From: Candidatus Omnitrophota bacterium
Lineage (GTDB): Bacteria; Omnitrophota; Gorgyraeia; DTHP01
Assembly (NCBI GenBank): GCA_023819145.1
Contig: JAMWCW010000002.1
Span: 11,231-75,230 of the forward strand
Reading direction: 5' to 3'
DNA: 64,000 bases
Shown here: one piece after another, positions 39,322-49,325 of the stretch
How the letters are laid out: every line of letters begins with the position of its first letter
Numbering within the stretch: the stretch's first letter is position 1
Program-made: the position numbers and the translations under genes
Notes under the pieces: generated by a model
Databases searched by the model: none
What the model saw: the letters and a program-made list of their open reading frames with translations, nothing else
What the model was told of the DNA's origin: nothing

Positions 39322-40932
39322 TTAGGCTAATTTATGAGAAAGTCTTTTATGTTTCAATAGAGAAATAAAAAGAAGAGGAATAAAAACTATAAAAATAACA
39401 ATAACTCCGCTTATCTCATAGTATAAAACCCTTGACTCTAAAAGAGGAACACTTACCAGTATTGCATCAATAGCATAGTGCATGATAATTACAGTCTCTA
39501 AACCAAATTTTAGAAAAAGGTAACCTAAAATTATACCCACAATAGTTAATTCAATACCCCTTACATAAGGAGGAAAAATTTCATAGGTAGAGTGGGCGAA
39601 TGCCCAGATAACCGCTGGGATTAAAATTGCGATAAAATCTTTTTTAAAATACTTCTTAAAAAGAGAAATAGCAAACAGACGAAACATGAACTCTTCAGAA
39701 ATTGCTGCACTCACTCCCACCGTAAAAGGGTTAAGAAAAGGGAAATATGTCCCTAACATATTAGAATAACGCGCGCCCATCGGCATCCATACTCCAAAAT
39801 ATTTTATACCCAAATAGTAAAATAGGGTGACAAAACCCAAAAAGAAAAATGCCATAAGATAACCTATAAAAATACTCTTTCTATGAGCAGAAGAAAAAGA
39901 ATTATTTCTCCAAGCTGTGAAAAAGGGAAGTCTATCAATGGGCATCTCTAAAGAAAGCGAATGGCCCACTGAACCAAAGAGAAAGACCATTAAAGAAAAA
40001 AGAAGGGTGGCAATAACTGTGGAGAGAAAATTTATATTAAAGTATATAACTTTACTCATAGTAGTATCATAACTTGCCCATAAAAGAGGAATGGAATTAA
40101 AAAACTCAAAAACGTAACATAGTCCCACTAAGATTGCAGCGTATAAAGAAAATTGCCAATAAAACTTGTTTCTTTTCAAAAGCTTAAAGAGATTTATAAA
40201 ACAAACTAGATAGATAAATATAGTAAAAAGAGAGCTAAATAAACCCAAGATATAACCATAGGAACGTTTCTTCTGATAATCCCGCATAAATTTCTCGGGC
40301 ACTTTAAAATAACGCCAATAACCTCCTGCTCTATCTCCTAAAATATTTACATACACCCTTAAGGTAGCATCTCCAATTTGAAACTCTTTTTTTTCCCATT
40401 CAAAAGAATGGTCGGTGCGATTTTTTTGTTTCTGTTGCGATGTATCTACCGCTTTCCATTCTTCGAGATCAAATCCTATTTTTTTAAGGAAGGCTTCGGC
40501 AATAGGACGCGCTTCTTCCGAAGTTAGATTGGTTCCTTCTGTTTCATCAAGTATTCTATGCCGATAGTGGGCAATTTTACCAGTAGCGGGGTCTATTCCT
40601 ACCGAAAACTCTTCTTTTTCTAGTTCGCGAAACCAACGTACTGACCATACCCAGAGAAAATTATCTTGCCGAATAAGCTCGTTAGTTCCCTTCACGCCTA
40701 AAACACTCTGAAGATAAAGTGCTTGGTCATTTTGTCTATAGAAAATTGCTGTAGGAGTAAAATTTTCTAAGTTGAAGCCTAGACTAAGAAGATAGTCGCG
40801 GGAAAGGGCAATTGCTTTATCACGGGATATTTTTAATTCAACTGCTGCTATAGGATAAGTATGATTGTAAAGAAAAATAAAAGTAATCAGTCCAACTACA
40901 CCTAAAATAGCAAAGAATAATGTTTTTTTCAT
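39322..40932 (-). CDS. CPBP (CAAX/Abi) family intramembrane metalloprotease with large N-terminal extracytoplasmic domain
   Basis: C-terminal membrane domain carries the EEFMFR motif (SAAISEEFMFRLF) and the conserved HS (FAHSTYE) and HYAID His motifs. N-terminal ~190 aa follows one TM. Confidence 0.75.
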   Translation of the reverse strand: MKKTLFFAILGVVGLITFIFLYNHTYPIAAVELKISRDKAIALSRDYLLSLGFNLENFTPTAIFYRQNDQALYLQSVLGVKGTNELIRQDNFLWVWSVRWFRELEKEEFSVGIDPATGKIAHYRHRILDETEGTNLTSEEARPIAEAFLKKIGFDLEEWKAVDTSQQKQKNRTDHSFEWEKKEFQIGDATLRVYVNILGDRAGGYWRYFKVPEKFMRDYQKKRSYGYILGLFSSLFTIFIYLVCFINLFKLLKRNKFYWQFSLYAAILVGLCYVFEFFNSIPLLWASYDTTMSKVIYFNINFLSTVIATLLFSLMVFLFGSVGHSLSLEMPIDRLPFFTAWRNNSFSSAHRKSIFIGYLMAFFFLGFVTLFYYLGIKYFGVWMPMGARYSNMLGTYFPFLNPFTVGVSAAISEEFMFRLFAISLFKKYFKKDFIAILIPAVIWAFAHSTYEIFPPYVRGIELTIVGIILGYLFLKFGLETVIIMHYAIDAILVSVPLLESRVLYYEISGVIVIFIVFIPLLFISLLKHKRLSHKLA

Positions 40933-41027
40933 TCTTTAATCCTAAAGATCCTCATAAAGCAAAAGAATACAAATAAAATTATTATTCCCCAGGAAAAACC
41001 TAAAAAAATCCATCCCCCGATATTCAT
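40929..41027 (-). CDS. 32-aa single-TM micropeptide (MNIGGWIFLGFSWGIIILFVFFCFMRIFRIKE), unannotated in ORF track
   Basis: Own reverse-strand translation. The start ATG overlaps the TGA stop of the upstream SNF transporter (ATGA), and its TGA stop overlaps the ATG of the downstream CPBP protease (ATGA). AGGAAGG SD-like sequence lies ~9 nt upstream. Confidence 0.45.
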   Translation of the reverse strand: MNIGGWIFLGFSWGIIILFVFFCFMRIFRIKE

Positions 41028-42583
41028 TGTACTACCTTCCTTCTTTTCCAAGCAATCTTTACCAAAATCGCTAAAGTTACAATAATGATAATTAATAAAA
41101 TTCGCATACTTAAGATATAAATTCTATTTGTAGGAGGGATATTGCGTAAGAAAATCGTGTCCCTCCCGTCTTTTCCTAAAATCCATGAAAAAAGAATAGC
41201 AATTAGTATAGAAGGTGTAATGTATTTTATGATAAATTTATAAAAACCAGGGATATTGATATCTGCTCCGTGATGTATTTCTGTCCAAGCACGTTCCATA
41301 CCGAAAACCCAAGCAAAAAGAATGGTTTCTATCGTCCCAAAAAGAACTAGGCAAAATGTCCCTCCCCAAAAATCAAGGTCATTGAGCACACCTCGTGAAA
41401 GGAAGAAAATTGATGGCTGGCAAAGAATAAAGGTTATAAAAGCAAAAATCTTTACCGCTTTCCGGCGTTCGATATCAAACTCATCTTCTAAAAAAGCGAT
41501 AGCCGGTTGGGCTAAAGAAACAGAAGAAGTTAAACCTGCCAAGAATAAAAGGAAAAACCAGAGAAAGCTGAAAAACCTTGAAAAAGCAATCTTTTGAAGA
41601 ACCATAGGCATGGTAATAAACCCTAAATCAAAACTTCCTGCGTTTGCAATATTTTTAATCTCTACAGGACCAAAAAAAACAAATGCCGCAGGAATTACAA
41701 CGCTGGCTCCTAAGATAACTTCGGCAAATTCATTAGTAACTGCGGAAGTAAGTCCAGAAAGAGCGACATCGTCGTTCTTAGATAAATAACTGGCGTAGGT
41801 AAGAATTACCCCAATTCCCACACTTAAAGTAAAAAAAATCTGTCCTGCTGCTGCCAGCCATACACGAGGAGAACGTAGAGCGGAAAAATCAGGATTCCAT
41901 AAAAAACCTAACCCATTTCTAACATTCCAATCTGGACGTAAAGGATCCGGAGCACCTAAAGAAAGAACTCTTACAGCTAATAAAATGGCACAGCAAAAAA
42001 GCAAGGGCATCGCAATTTTAGAGAGACGTTCTATTCCACCAGAAACACCATAGTAAACTACCAAAATGTTTAAGAAAAATGTTATTGTAAAAAATAAATA
42101 AGCCCACCCCAAACCTGAAAAAAACTGATTTTTAACTAATCCCTGATATCCACCAAGAAAATCACGCATTTCCTGAGAAGAACCTAAATTTGCGTATTTA
42201 CCCGTCAAAGCAAAAAAGCTGTACCCAAGAGTCCAAGATTCAATATAGGTATAATAAATAAAAATCACCAGAGGTCCAAAAATCCCAATTATACCAAAAT
42301 ATTTAATAAAACGATTCTTCTCCCAGAGACTATGGAATATTCCCGGTGCAGTTCCATGTCCAAAGCCTCCTCCGTAACGACCAATTGTCCATTCAATCCA
42401 CATTAAAGGAATGCCAAAGAGAAAGAGCGAGATAAAATAGGGAATCATAAACGCCCCCCCTCCATTTGCGGTGGCTTGTACTGGAAAACGCAAAAAGTTC
42501 CCTAACCCCACCGCACTACCTGCTACTGCTAAGATTACTCCTAAACGTGTCCTCCAAGTATCCCGCTGTTTTGTTTTTATCAT
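41024..42583 (-). CDS. sodium-dependent transporter, SNF/NSS family
   Basis: RDTWRTRLGVILAVAGSAVGLGNFLRFP...FMIPYF signature of neurotransmitter:sodium symporter family. 519 aa. Confidence 0.9.
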   Translation of the reverse strand: MIKTKQRDTWRTRLGVILAVAGSAVGLGNFLRFPVQATANGGGAFMIPYFISLFLFGIPLMWIEWTIGRYGGGFGHGTAPGIFHSLWEKNRFIKYFGIIGIFGPLVIFIYYTYIESWTLGYSFFALTGKYANLGSSQEMRDFLGGYQGLVKNQFFSGLGWAYLFFTITFFLNILVVYYGVSGGIERLSKIAMPLLFCCAILLAVRVLSLGAPDPLRPDWNVRNGLGFLWNPDFSALRSPRVWLAAAGQIFFTLSVGIGVILTYASYLSKNDDVALSGLTSAVTNEFAEVILGASVVIPAAFVFFGPVEIKNIANAGSFDLGFITMPMVLQKIAFSRFFSFLWFFLLFLAGLTSSVSLAQPAIAFLEDEFDIERRKAVKIFAFITFILCQPSIFFLSRGVLNDLDFWGGTFCLVLFGTIETILFAWVFGMERAWTEIHHGADINIPGFYKFIIKYITPSILIAILFSWILGKDGRDTIFLRNIPPTNRIYILSMRILLIIIIVTLAILVKIAWKRRKVVQ

Positions 42584-42672
42584 CTGGTAATTATTAATTT
42601 AAGAATCAAGACAGAAAGACAAAAATCATAAAGAAAGTTTCAAAATTCTAAAAAATTTTAAATTTTGCACTA

Positions 42673-43782
42673 TCATTCTGAAATTTGATTTTTAATATTT
42701 GATTTTCCTATAACTAATTCGGCAATTTGCACTGCGTTTAAGGCTGCTCCTTTCCGCAGATTATCGGAAACGCACCAGAAGGACATTGCATTTTTCTTAA
42801 AAATATCTTGACGAATTCTTCCAATATAAACTGGGTCTTTACCTGAAGCATTTATAGGTAAAGGATAAGTTCTTCTTTTGGTATCATCAGAAGGAGCATT
42901 TTTATCTAAATCATCTACAAGCTCTATACCCCCAGCATTTACAAGAGTTTCTTTTATTTTATCGATTGAAATTTCTTTTTCTGTTTCTAAATATATAGAT
43001 TCTGAATGGACATTAAATACAGGAACACGCACGCATGTCGCATTTATCTCAATTTTATCATCATGCATTATCTTATGTGTTTCACGCACCATTTTCCATT
43101 CCTCTGTAGTATAGTCAAACGATTCGAACTTACCTATCTGAGGTATAAGATTAAAGGCGATAGGATAAGGAAAAGTTAAGGGTTCTTTCATCTTCTCTTT
43201 AAACCAATCTTTTTGCATTTTCTCCCAAGAACTTAAATTGTCCGTTCTGGAGAATATTTCTTTTGATTGAACAAATAATTCTTCTTGCGATTTCCTTCCT
43301 GCACCCGACACTGCCTGAAAAGTAGTAACCACTACTCTTCTAATCTTTGAAATACGATAAATAGGAGCAATGGCCGCTACCAATTGTATGGTGGAGCAAT
43401 TGGGATTGGAAATTATTCCTTTATTCCATTTTACATCTTCAGGATTAACCTCTGGCACAACCAGGGGAACTTCTGGTTTCATACGGAAATCGGCTCCATT
43501 ATCAATGACTACTGCGCCGTTCTTAATGGCTTCAGCAGCATAGGAAACCGCTGCCCCTTTCTCTCCTTCGGTACCGGCAAAAAGAGCAATATCGCATCCT
43601 TTAAACTCCTCTGGCTTTATCTCTTTAACCGAATATTTCTCACCATCCACAAAGATATCTCTTGAGCTACGTGCTAATACCTTCAACTCTTTTATGGGAA
43701 AACGACGCTGTTTAAGAACCTTAAGCATCTCTACCCCTACCGCACCTACTCCTACTAGCACTACATTGTATTCTTTTGCCAT
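42673..43782 (-). CDS. asd: aspartate-semialdehyde dehydrogenase
   Basis: N-terminal Rossmann VVLVGVGAVG and catalytic NPNCSTIQLV. Confidence 0.9.
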   Translation of the reverse strand: MAKEYNVVLVGVGAVGVEMLKVLKQRRFPIKELKVLARSSRDIFVDGEKYSVKEIKPEEFKGCDIALFAGTEGEKGAAVSYAAEAIKNGAVVIDNGADFRMKPEVPLVVPEVNPEDVKWNKGIISNPNCSTIQLVAAIAPIYRISKIRRVVVTTFQAVSGAGRKSQEELFVQSKEIFSRTDNLSSWEKMQKDWFKEKMKEPLTFPYPIAFNLIPQIGKFESFDYTTEEWKMVRETHKIMHDDKIEINATCVRVPVFNVHSESIYLETEKEISIDKIKETLVNAGGIELVDDLDKNAPSDDTKRRTYPLPINASGKDPVYIGRIRQDIFKKNAMSFWCVSDNLRKGAALNAVQIAELVIGKSNIKNQISE

Positions 43783-43816
43783 CTATCTTTTACACCTCCT
43801 ATTTATCCGCCTAATA

Positions 43817-44872
43817 CTAACTATCTAAATACTCTACTACCAAATCTCCCACCTCTTGTGTAGAATAACCCATCTTGCCTGCAGAAAGACTTTTTAATTT
43901 TTTAGAAACTACCTCAATCACAGATTTCTCTACTAATTTAGCCGCTTCTTCTTCACCAACACCTTCAAGTAACATAGAGAGCGCACAAATTGCTGCTAAG
44001 GGATTAATAACATTTTTTCCCGTATATTTAGGAGCTGAACCTCCAATTGGTTCAAACATAGAAATGCCTTTTGGATTGATATTCCCTCCAGCAGCAATTC
44101 CTAAACCTCCTTGAATAATTGCTCCTAAATCCGTAATGATGTCTCCGAACATATTATCTGTAACAATAACATCAAACCATTCGGGATTTTTCACCATCCA
44201 CATACAAGTAGCATCAACATGGGCATAATCAGTAGATACATCTGGATATTCCTTTGCCAATTCTTGAAAAACCCTCCACCATAAATCAGATGCATAATTC
44301 AAGACATTGGTTTTGGCGCAAAGAGTAAGTTTTCTTTTCTTATTTCTCTTTCTTGTATACTCGAAAGCATATCTGATACAACGTTCTACTCCTTTATAAG
44401 TATTTCTGCTTATCTGTAGCGCAATTTCATCTTTAGTCCCTCTATTTATAAACTCACCTTCTCCTACATAAAACCCTTCGGTATTCTCTCTGATAACCAC
44501 AAAATCTATTTCTTCAGGGCCTTTATCTTTCAGGGGAGTTTCCACTCCCGGATAAAGTTTCACCGGACGAAGATTTATATACTGGTCTAGCTCAAATCTC
44601 AATTTTAAAAGAATTCCTCTCTCTAAAATACCCGGTTTAACTTCGGGATGTCCAATCGCTCCTAAATAAATGACATCGTGTTTTTTAATATCTTCAAAAA
44701 CATCTGGGGGAAAAACCTCTCCGGTTCTCAAATATCTTTCTCCTCCTAAATCAAAAATCTTTGTCCGGTATTGAAAACCAGTAATTTTTGAAACCGCTTC
44801 TAAAACTTTAAGTCCTTCACGAATCACTTCAGGACCTGTACCATCTCCTGGAATTACTGCAATTTTATGCAT
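43817..44872 (-). CDS. leuB: 3-isopropylmalate dehydrogenase (or closely related beta-decarboxylating dehydrogenase)
   Basis: [14 protein letters not shown]-terminus and NMFGDIITD motif. Adjacent to leuDC. Confidence 0.9.
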   Translation of the reverse strand: MHKIAVIPGDGTGPEVIREGLKVLEAVSKITGFQYRTKIFDLGGERYLRTGEVFPPDVFEDIKKHDVIYLGAIGHPEVKPGILERGILLKLRFELDQYINLRPVKLYPGVETPLKDKGPEEIDFVVIRENTEGFYVGEGEFINRGTKDEIALQISRNTYKGVERCIRYAFEYTRKRNKKRKLTLCAKTNVLNYASDLWWRVFQELAKEYPDVSTDYAHVDATCMWMVKNPEWFDVIVTDNMFGDIITDLGAIIQGGLGIAAGGNINPKGISMFEPIGGSAPKYTGKNVINPLAAICALSMLLEGVGEEEAAKLVEKSVIEVVSKKLKSLSAGKMGYSTQEVGDLVVEYLDS

Positions 44873-44935
44873 AATTTATCACCTCGTTATACTTATTAAT
44901 GTGTAATTATTTTACTAAAAGAAATTGCAACGAAC

Positions 44936-45427
44936 TTAACGAATAAAACGGATTTTAATATAGTTCAATAACCCTCCCTGATTTATTAAATCCTGCAAAA
45001 ATTCAGGAAAAGGTTGTATTTTATAGACTTTATATTGAGTTAGGTTTCTAATTTCCCCTTCCTTTAAATCCACTTCCAGTAAATCTTGCTCTTTTATCTC
45101 TTCTGCTTCTTTACACTCCACGATCGGTAAGCCAATATTTATGGCATTGCGGAAGAAAATTCTTGCAAAACTCAATGCAATTACGCAAGAAATTCCTGCT
45201 CCTTTGATAGCCAAGGGAGCATGCTCCCTTGAAGAACCGCAACCAAAGTTCTTACCCGCTACAATAATATCGCCGTTTTCTATACCCTGTGAAAAGCCTG
45301 GTCTCAAATCAGCAAAAAGATTTCTCCCCAATATTTCCGCTTCGGTAGTAACAAGAAATTTGGCAGGGATAATTAAATCTGTATTAATATCATCTCCGAA
45401 AAGCCATGCCTTCCCTTTAATTACCAT
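44936..45427 (-). CDS. leuD: 3-isopropylmalate/(R)-citramalate dehydratase small subunit (type 2, archaeal-like)
   Basis: 163 aa, [15 protein letters not shown] and [12 protein letters not shown] motifs. Confidence 0.85.
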   Translation of the reverse strand: MVIKGKAWLFGDDINTDLIIPAKFLVTTEAEILGRNLFADLRPGFSQGIENGDIIVAGKNFGCGSSREHAPLAIKGAGISCVIALSFARIFFRNAINIGLPIVECKEAEEIKEQDLLEVDLKEGEIRNLTQYKVYKIQPFPEFLQDLINQGGLLNYIKIRFIR

Positions 45428-45428
45428 C

Positions 45429-46703
45429 TCAAATCACTTCCTCAGGATGAGCAATCCTTCCTTTAATAGCGGAAGCAGTAGCTACGCTGGGACTAGCAAG
45501 ATAAACTTCTGAATCCGGATGTCCCATCCTCCCTTTAAAATTACGATTTGTGGTAGAAATGCAACGCTCTCCTTTATCTAAAATTCCCATATGCCCACCT
45601 AAACATGGTCCGCAAGTGGGAGTAGAGAAAACTGCTCCTGCTTTAACAAAAATCTCAACCAATCCTTCCTTCAATGCCTCTAAATAAATTCTTTGTGTTG
45701 CAGGAATGACAATCATTCTCACCTGAGGATAGACCTTCTTACCTTTAAGTATTTTTGCGGAAATTCTCAAATCAGAAATTCTCCCATTAGTACAAGAACC
45801 TACCACCACTTGATTAATCTTTATTTTCCTCAACTCAGAAACAGGTTTTACATTAGAAGGAAGATCGGGACAAGCAACTACTGGTTCTTTCCACTTTCGC
45901 ACATCGTATTCCTTAACCTCAATATATTTTGCATCCTTATCGGATTTTAAGCTTTTGTTTTGAATTTTGAGTTTTGAATTCTTAGTTTTGAGATATTTTA
46001 CCGTTATTTCATCTGGTTCAATAATACCTGATTTGCCTCCTGCTTCAATTGCCATATTACACATCGTGAAGCGTCCATCCATATCAAGTTTTCTTATTGT
46101 TTCACCTGTAAATTCCATTGCTTTATATAAAGCGCCATCTACGCCAATATCTCCGATGGTATATAAAATAATATCCTTACCTGTCAACCATTTATTTAAT
46201 TTTCCATAATATATAAATTTCATCGATTCAGGAACCTTAAACCAAACCTTCCCTATAGCCATTGCTCCTGCTAAATCAGTAGAACCCACTCCCGTAGCAA
46301 AAGCTCCTAATGCACCATAGGTACAGGTATGAGAATCTGCCCCAATAACTAAATCTCCTGGTTTTATTAAACCTAACTCCGGAAGCAGAGCATGTTCTAT
46401 ACCCATTCTTCCTACTTCGTAATAATGCTTTATCTTTTGTTTTTTAGCAAAAACCGCCAGAACCTTTGCTTGTTTTGCAGAAGCAAGGTCTTTAGCCGGT
46501 GTAAAATGGTCAGGGATAAGGGCAATTCTATCACGGTCAAAAACCTTTGCTATCCCCTTCTCCTCCAATTCCTTAATTGCTAAGGGAGCAGTAATATCAT
46601 TACCCAAAGCAAAATCCACCTTTGCAAAAATAAATTTTCCCGGGTAAATTTCTTTCTCTCGGGTATGTGCTAAAAGTATCTTTTCAGTAATAGTCATTCC
46701 CAT
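45429..46703 (-). CDS. leuC: 3-isopropylmalate/(R)-citramalate dehydratase large subunit (type 2)
   Basis: Aconitase-family motifs ([23 protein letters not shown]). 424 aa. Confidence 0.9.
   Translation of the reverse strand: MGMTITEKILLAHTREKEIYPGKFIFAKVDFALGNDITAPLAIKELEEKGIAKVFDRDRIALIPDHFTPAKDLASAKQAKVLAVFAKKQKIKHYYEVGRMGIEHALLPELGLIKPGDLVIGADSHTCTYGALGAFATGVGSTDLAGAMAIGKVWFKVPESMKFIYYGKLNKWLTGKDIILYTIGDIGVDGALYKAMEFTGETIRKLDMDGRFTMCNMAIEAGGKSGIIEPDEITVKYLKTKNSKLKIQNKSLKSDKDAKYIEVKEYDVRKWKEPVVACPDLPSNVKPVSELRKIKINQVVVGSCTNGRISDLRISAKILKGKKVYPQVRMIVIPATQRIYLEALKEGLVEIFVKAGAVFSTPTCGPCLGGHMGILDKGERCISTTNRNFKGRMGHPDSEVYLASPSVATASAIKGRIAHPEEVI
45951..45992. repeat. TTCAAAA-type tandem heptanucleotide repeat in-frame within leuC
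   Basis: gcttttgttttgaattttgagttttgaattcttagttttgag encodes [15 protein letters not shown], a low-complexity insert not expected in LeuC. Confidence 0.6.
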
Positions 46704-46783
46704 CTTACTAATTAAACCCTATCCCCCCATAATTTCTTACTTACGAATCACAGATTACCAATAGCGAATTACGGTTATTATAT

Positions 46784-47233
46784 TCAAATTTTTTTAATAA
46801 GTGCAACTTCCTGGCAATCAGGAAATTTTGCACAATTTATGCATTCTCCCCATATTTTCTGAGGTAACTGCGCTTTATCAATCTTTCTAAAATCTAATTT
46901 TTCAAAAAACTCGGGTATATAAGTCAAAACAAAAAGCTGTCTAATACCCAAAGCTTTGGCTTCTTTAATCGCTTCCTTTACCAGGCTCGATCCAATTCCT
47001 TTATGTTGTACGGATTCTTCTACCGCCAGCGACTTTATCTCTGCCAAATCCTCCCATGAAATATGTAAAGCACAGGTTCCTAAAATTTTCTCTCTTTCTT
47101 CATAAACAAAATAATCACGGATATTATCGTATAATTCATTAAGGGAACGGTAAAGCATTAAACCGCGTTCAGCATACAGATTAATCAATTTTTGAATCTC
47201 CTTAACCTCATCAATCTTTGCCTTTCGTATCAT
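46784..47233 (-). CDS. GNAT family N-acetyltransferase (short amino-acid N-acetyltransferase-like) with C-terminal Cys cluster
   Basis: Acetyl-CoA binding region SLAVEESVQHKGIGSSLV. C-terminal CINCAKFPDC. Confidence 0.7.
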   Translation of the reverse strand: MIRKAKIDEVKEIQKLINLYAERGLMLYRSLNELYDNIRDYFVYEEREKILGTCALHISWEDLAEIKSLAVEESVQHKGIGSSLVKEAIKEAKALGIRQLFVLTYIPEFFEKLDFRKIDKAQLPQKIWGECINCAKFPDCQEVALIKKI

Positions 47234-47329
47234 ATTAACTTCCTTTTTTAAGAATTAACCTGGATTAATCTTTGTAGATGGAGTAAAATGTTACCATAAT
47301 CTTCTCTTATTTACAATAATATTATTAGT

Positions 47330-48286
47330 TTAGTCAAAAAGACAACAGGAAACCCAATGGCCAGGAGAAACCTCTTTTAATACATACTCCTTCTCTTCGC
47401 AAACAGACTTTCTTTCTCTACACCGCGGTAAGAAACTACATAATCTATCTTTACCGTTTGAATCTTTCCCTGTTATCTTTAAGGTAGAAACGGGTAACTT
47501 TTTTTTACCTAAAGTAGGAATCGCAGAAAGAAGAAGTTTTGTATAGGGATGGAGAGAATTTCTAAAAATCTCCTCAGAATTAGCCTTTTCTAAAATTTTT
47601 CCTCGATAAATAACACATACTTCATCACTTACGTGACGAATGACCCTTAAATCATGAGCAATAAAAATATAACTCAAATTTAATTTCTCTTGTAAATCTA
47701 TTAGAAGATTGATAATCTGTGCCTGTATCGATAAATCCAAGGAAGAAACTGGCTCATCCAGAATAACTAACTCTGTTTCCCCTGCCAAAGCGCGGGCAAT
47801 GCTTATCCTTTGTCGTTGTCCGCCGCTAAACTCATGAGGAAATCTTTCTAAAGCATCTTTGGATAATCCCACAAGTTCTAAAAGCTCTACTACTCTTGTC
47901 TTTTTCTCATACTTAGTCTTTTTCGACAATTCCATCCCTTCTAAAACAATCTTCTCTACTGTAAAACGGGGATCGAGGGAAGAAAACGGGTCTTGAAAAA
48001 CAATAGAAATAAATCCTAATAATGCCCTAAACTCCTTCTCAGAAAGACAAGATACTTCTTTCCCTTTTAAGAAAATCTCCCCTGCATCAGGTTGGATAAT
48101 TCTTACCAACATTTTTGCCAAAGTAGATTTTCCCGATCCGCTCTCTCCCACTATTCCCAAAGTTTTCCCTTTATCCAGAGAAAAACTTACTCCATCAACT
48201 GCCTTTACATATCCCACAGTTTTATAAAAAAGCCCTTTTTTAATCGGAAAATATTTCTTTAAATCCCTAACTTCTAAAATATTCAT
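47330..48286 (-). CDS. oligopeptide/dipeptide ABC transporter ATP-binding protein (OppF-type)
   Basis: Walker A GESGSGKST, signature FSGGQRQR, Walker B ILDEP, C-terminal oligopeptide-transporter extension with Cys. Confidence 0.9.
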   Translation of the reverse strand: MNILEVRDLKKYFPIKKGLFYKTVGYVKAVDGVSFSLDKGKTLGIVGESGSGKSTLAKMLVRIIQPDAGEIFLKGKEVSCLSEKEFRALLGFISIVFQDPFSSLDPRFTVEKIVLEGMELSKKTKYEKKTRVVELLELVGLSKDALERFPHEFSGGQRQRISIARALAGETELVILDEPVSSLDLSIQAQIINLLIDLQEKLNLSYIFIAHDLRVIRHVSDEVCVIYRGKILEKANSEEIFRNSLHPYTKLLLSAIPTLGKKKLPVSTLKITGKDSNGKDRLCSFLPRCRERKSVCEEKEYVLKEVSPGHWVSCCLFD

Positions 48287-48322
48287 CTGTGTTTTAAAAT
48301 TTGAAATTCGTGCTTTAAGTTT

Positions 48323-49282
48323 TCAAAAATTGTGGCACCATACCCAATGACTCTCCGTGATTTCGGATGTCTCGGGAAATTCTTTATCGCAAATCCCAAC
48401 CCTTTTTTCACAACGTGGATGAAATGGACAACCTAAAGGCCTATTAAGTATGTCGGGAACCTGCCCGGGAATTGCGTTGAGAAAAGTTTTAGGTTTGCTC
48501 AATTCTGGAAAACAGGCAAGAAGTTTCTGTGTATAAGGATGCTTTGGGTTCTGGAAAATTTCTTCCACCTTTCCTGTTTCCACAATTTTACCCAAATACA
48601 TTATTCCCACCCTATCCGCAATCTCTTCTACAATAGCCAAATCATGGGTAATAAACAAAGAAGTAAGTTGAAACTCTCTCTTTATTCTAAAAATTAATTC
48701 TAAAATCTGTGCTTGAATGGTAGTATCTAAAGCAGTTGTTGGTTCATCGAGAATCAATAATTTCGGATTACAACAAAGAGACATGGCAATCATCGCCCTC
48801 TGACGCATCCCCCCACTTAACTGATGAGGATAACTATCAAGTAAAACTTCGGGTTGGTCAAAACCGACGTTTCTTAACGAATCAATAGCCCTGAGACGTG
48901 CTTCTCTCTTATCCATCTTGAGATGAAAAACTAACATCTCAACTATCTGAGTTCCTACAGAAAGGACCGGATTCAATGAAGTAAGCGGTTCTTGAAAAAC
49001 CATAGCTATATCTTTCCCACGTAGAGATTGCCAATCCCTTTCTGAAAAATTAATCAACTCCTTTCCTTCAAAAACGATATTTCCCTCCACTATTCTACCC
49101 GGAGAAGGAACGAGGTTTAAAATAGATAGCGCAAGCATTGTTTTCCCACACCCCGACTCTCCCACAACGGCAAAGAATTCTCCTCTTTTGATATCCAGGG
49201 AAACTTCATCAATAACTTTAGTGATACCCCCATTGGAATAAAAATATACTTTTAGATTCTTAATTTCTAATAACTTATCCAT
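48323..49282 (-). CDS. oligopeptide/dipeptide ABC transporter ATP-binding protein (OppD-type)
   Basis: Walker A GESGCGKT, LSGGMRQR, ILDEPTTALD. C-terminal CPFHPRC motif. Confidence 0.9.
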   Translation of the reverse strand: MDKLLEIKNLKVYFYSNGGITKVIDEVSLDIKRGEFFAVVGESGCGKTMLALSILNLVPSPGRIVEGNIVFEGKELINFSERDWQSLRGKDIAMVFQEPLTSLNPVLSVGTQIVEMLVFHLKMDKREARLRAIDSLRNVGFDQPEVLLDSYPHQLSGGMRQRAMIAMSLCCNPKLLILDEPTTALDTTIQAQILELIFRIKREFQLTSLFITHDLAIVEEIADRVGIMYLGKIVETGKVEEIFQNPKHPYTQKLLACFPELSKPKTFLNAIPGQVPDILNRPLGCPFHPRCEKRVGICDKEFPETSEITESHWVWCHNF

Positions 49283-49325
49283 ATTTTACAAAAACTCAGA
49301 ACTCTAAACGACTTCAGCATTTGAT

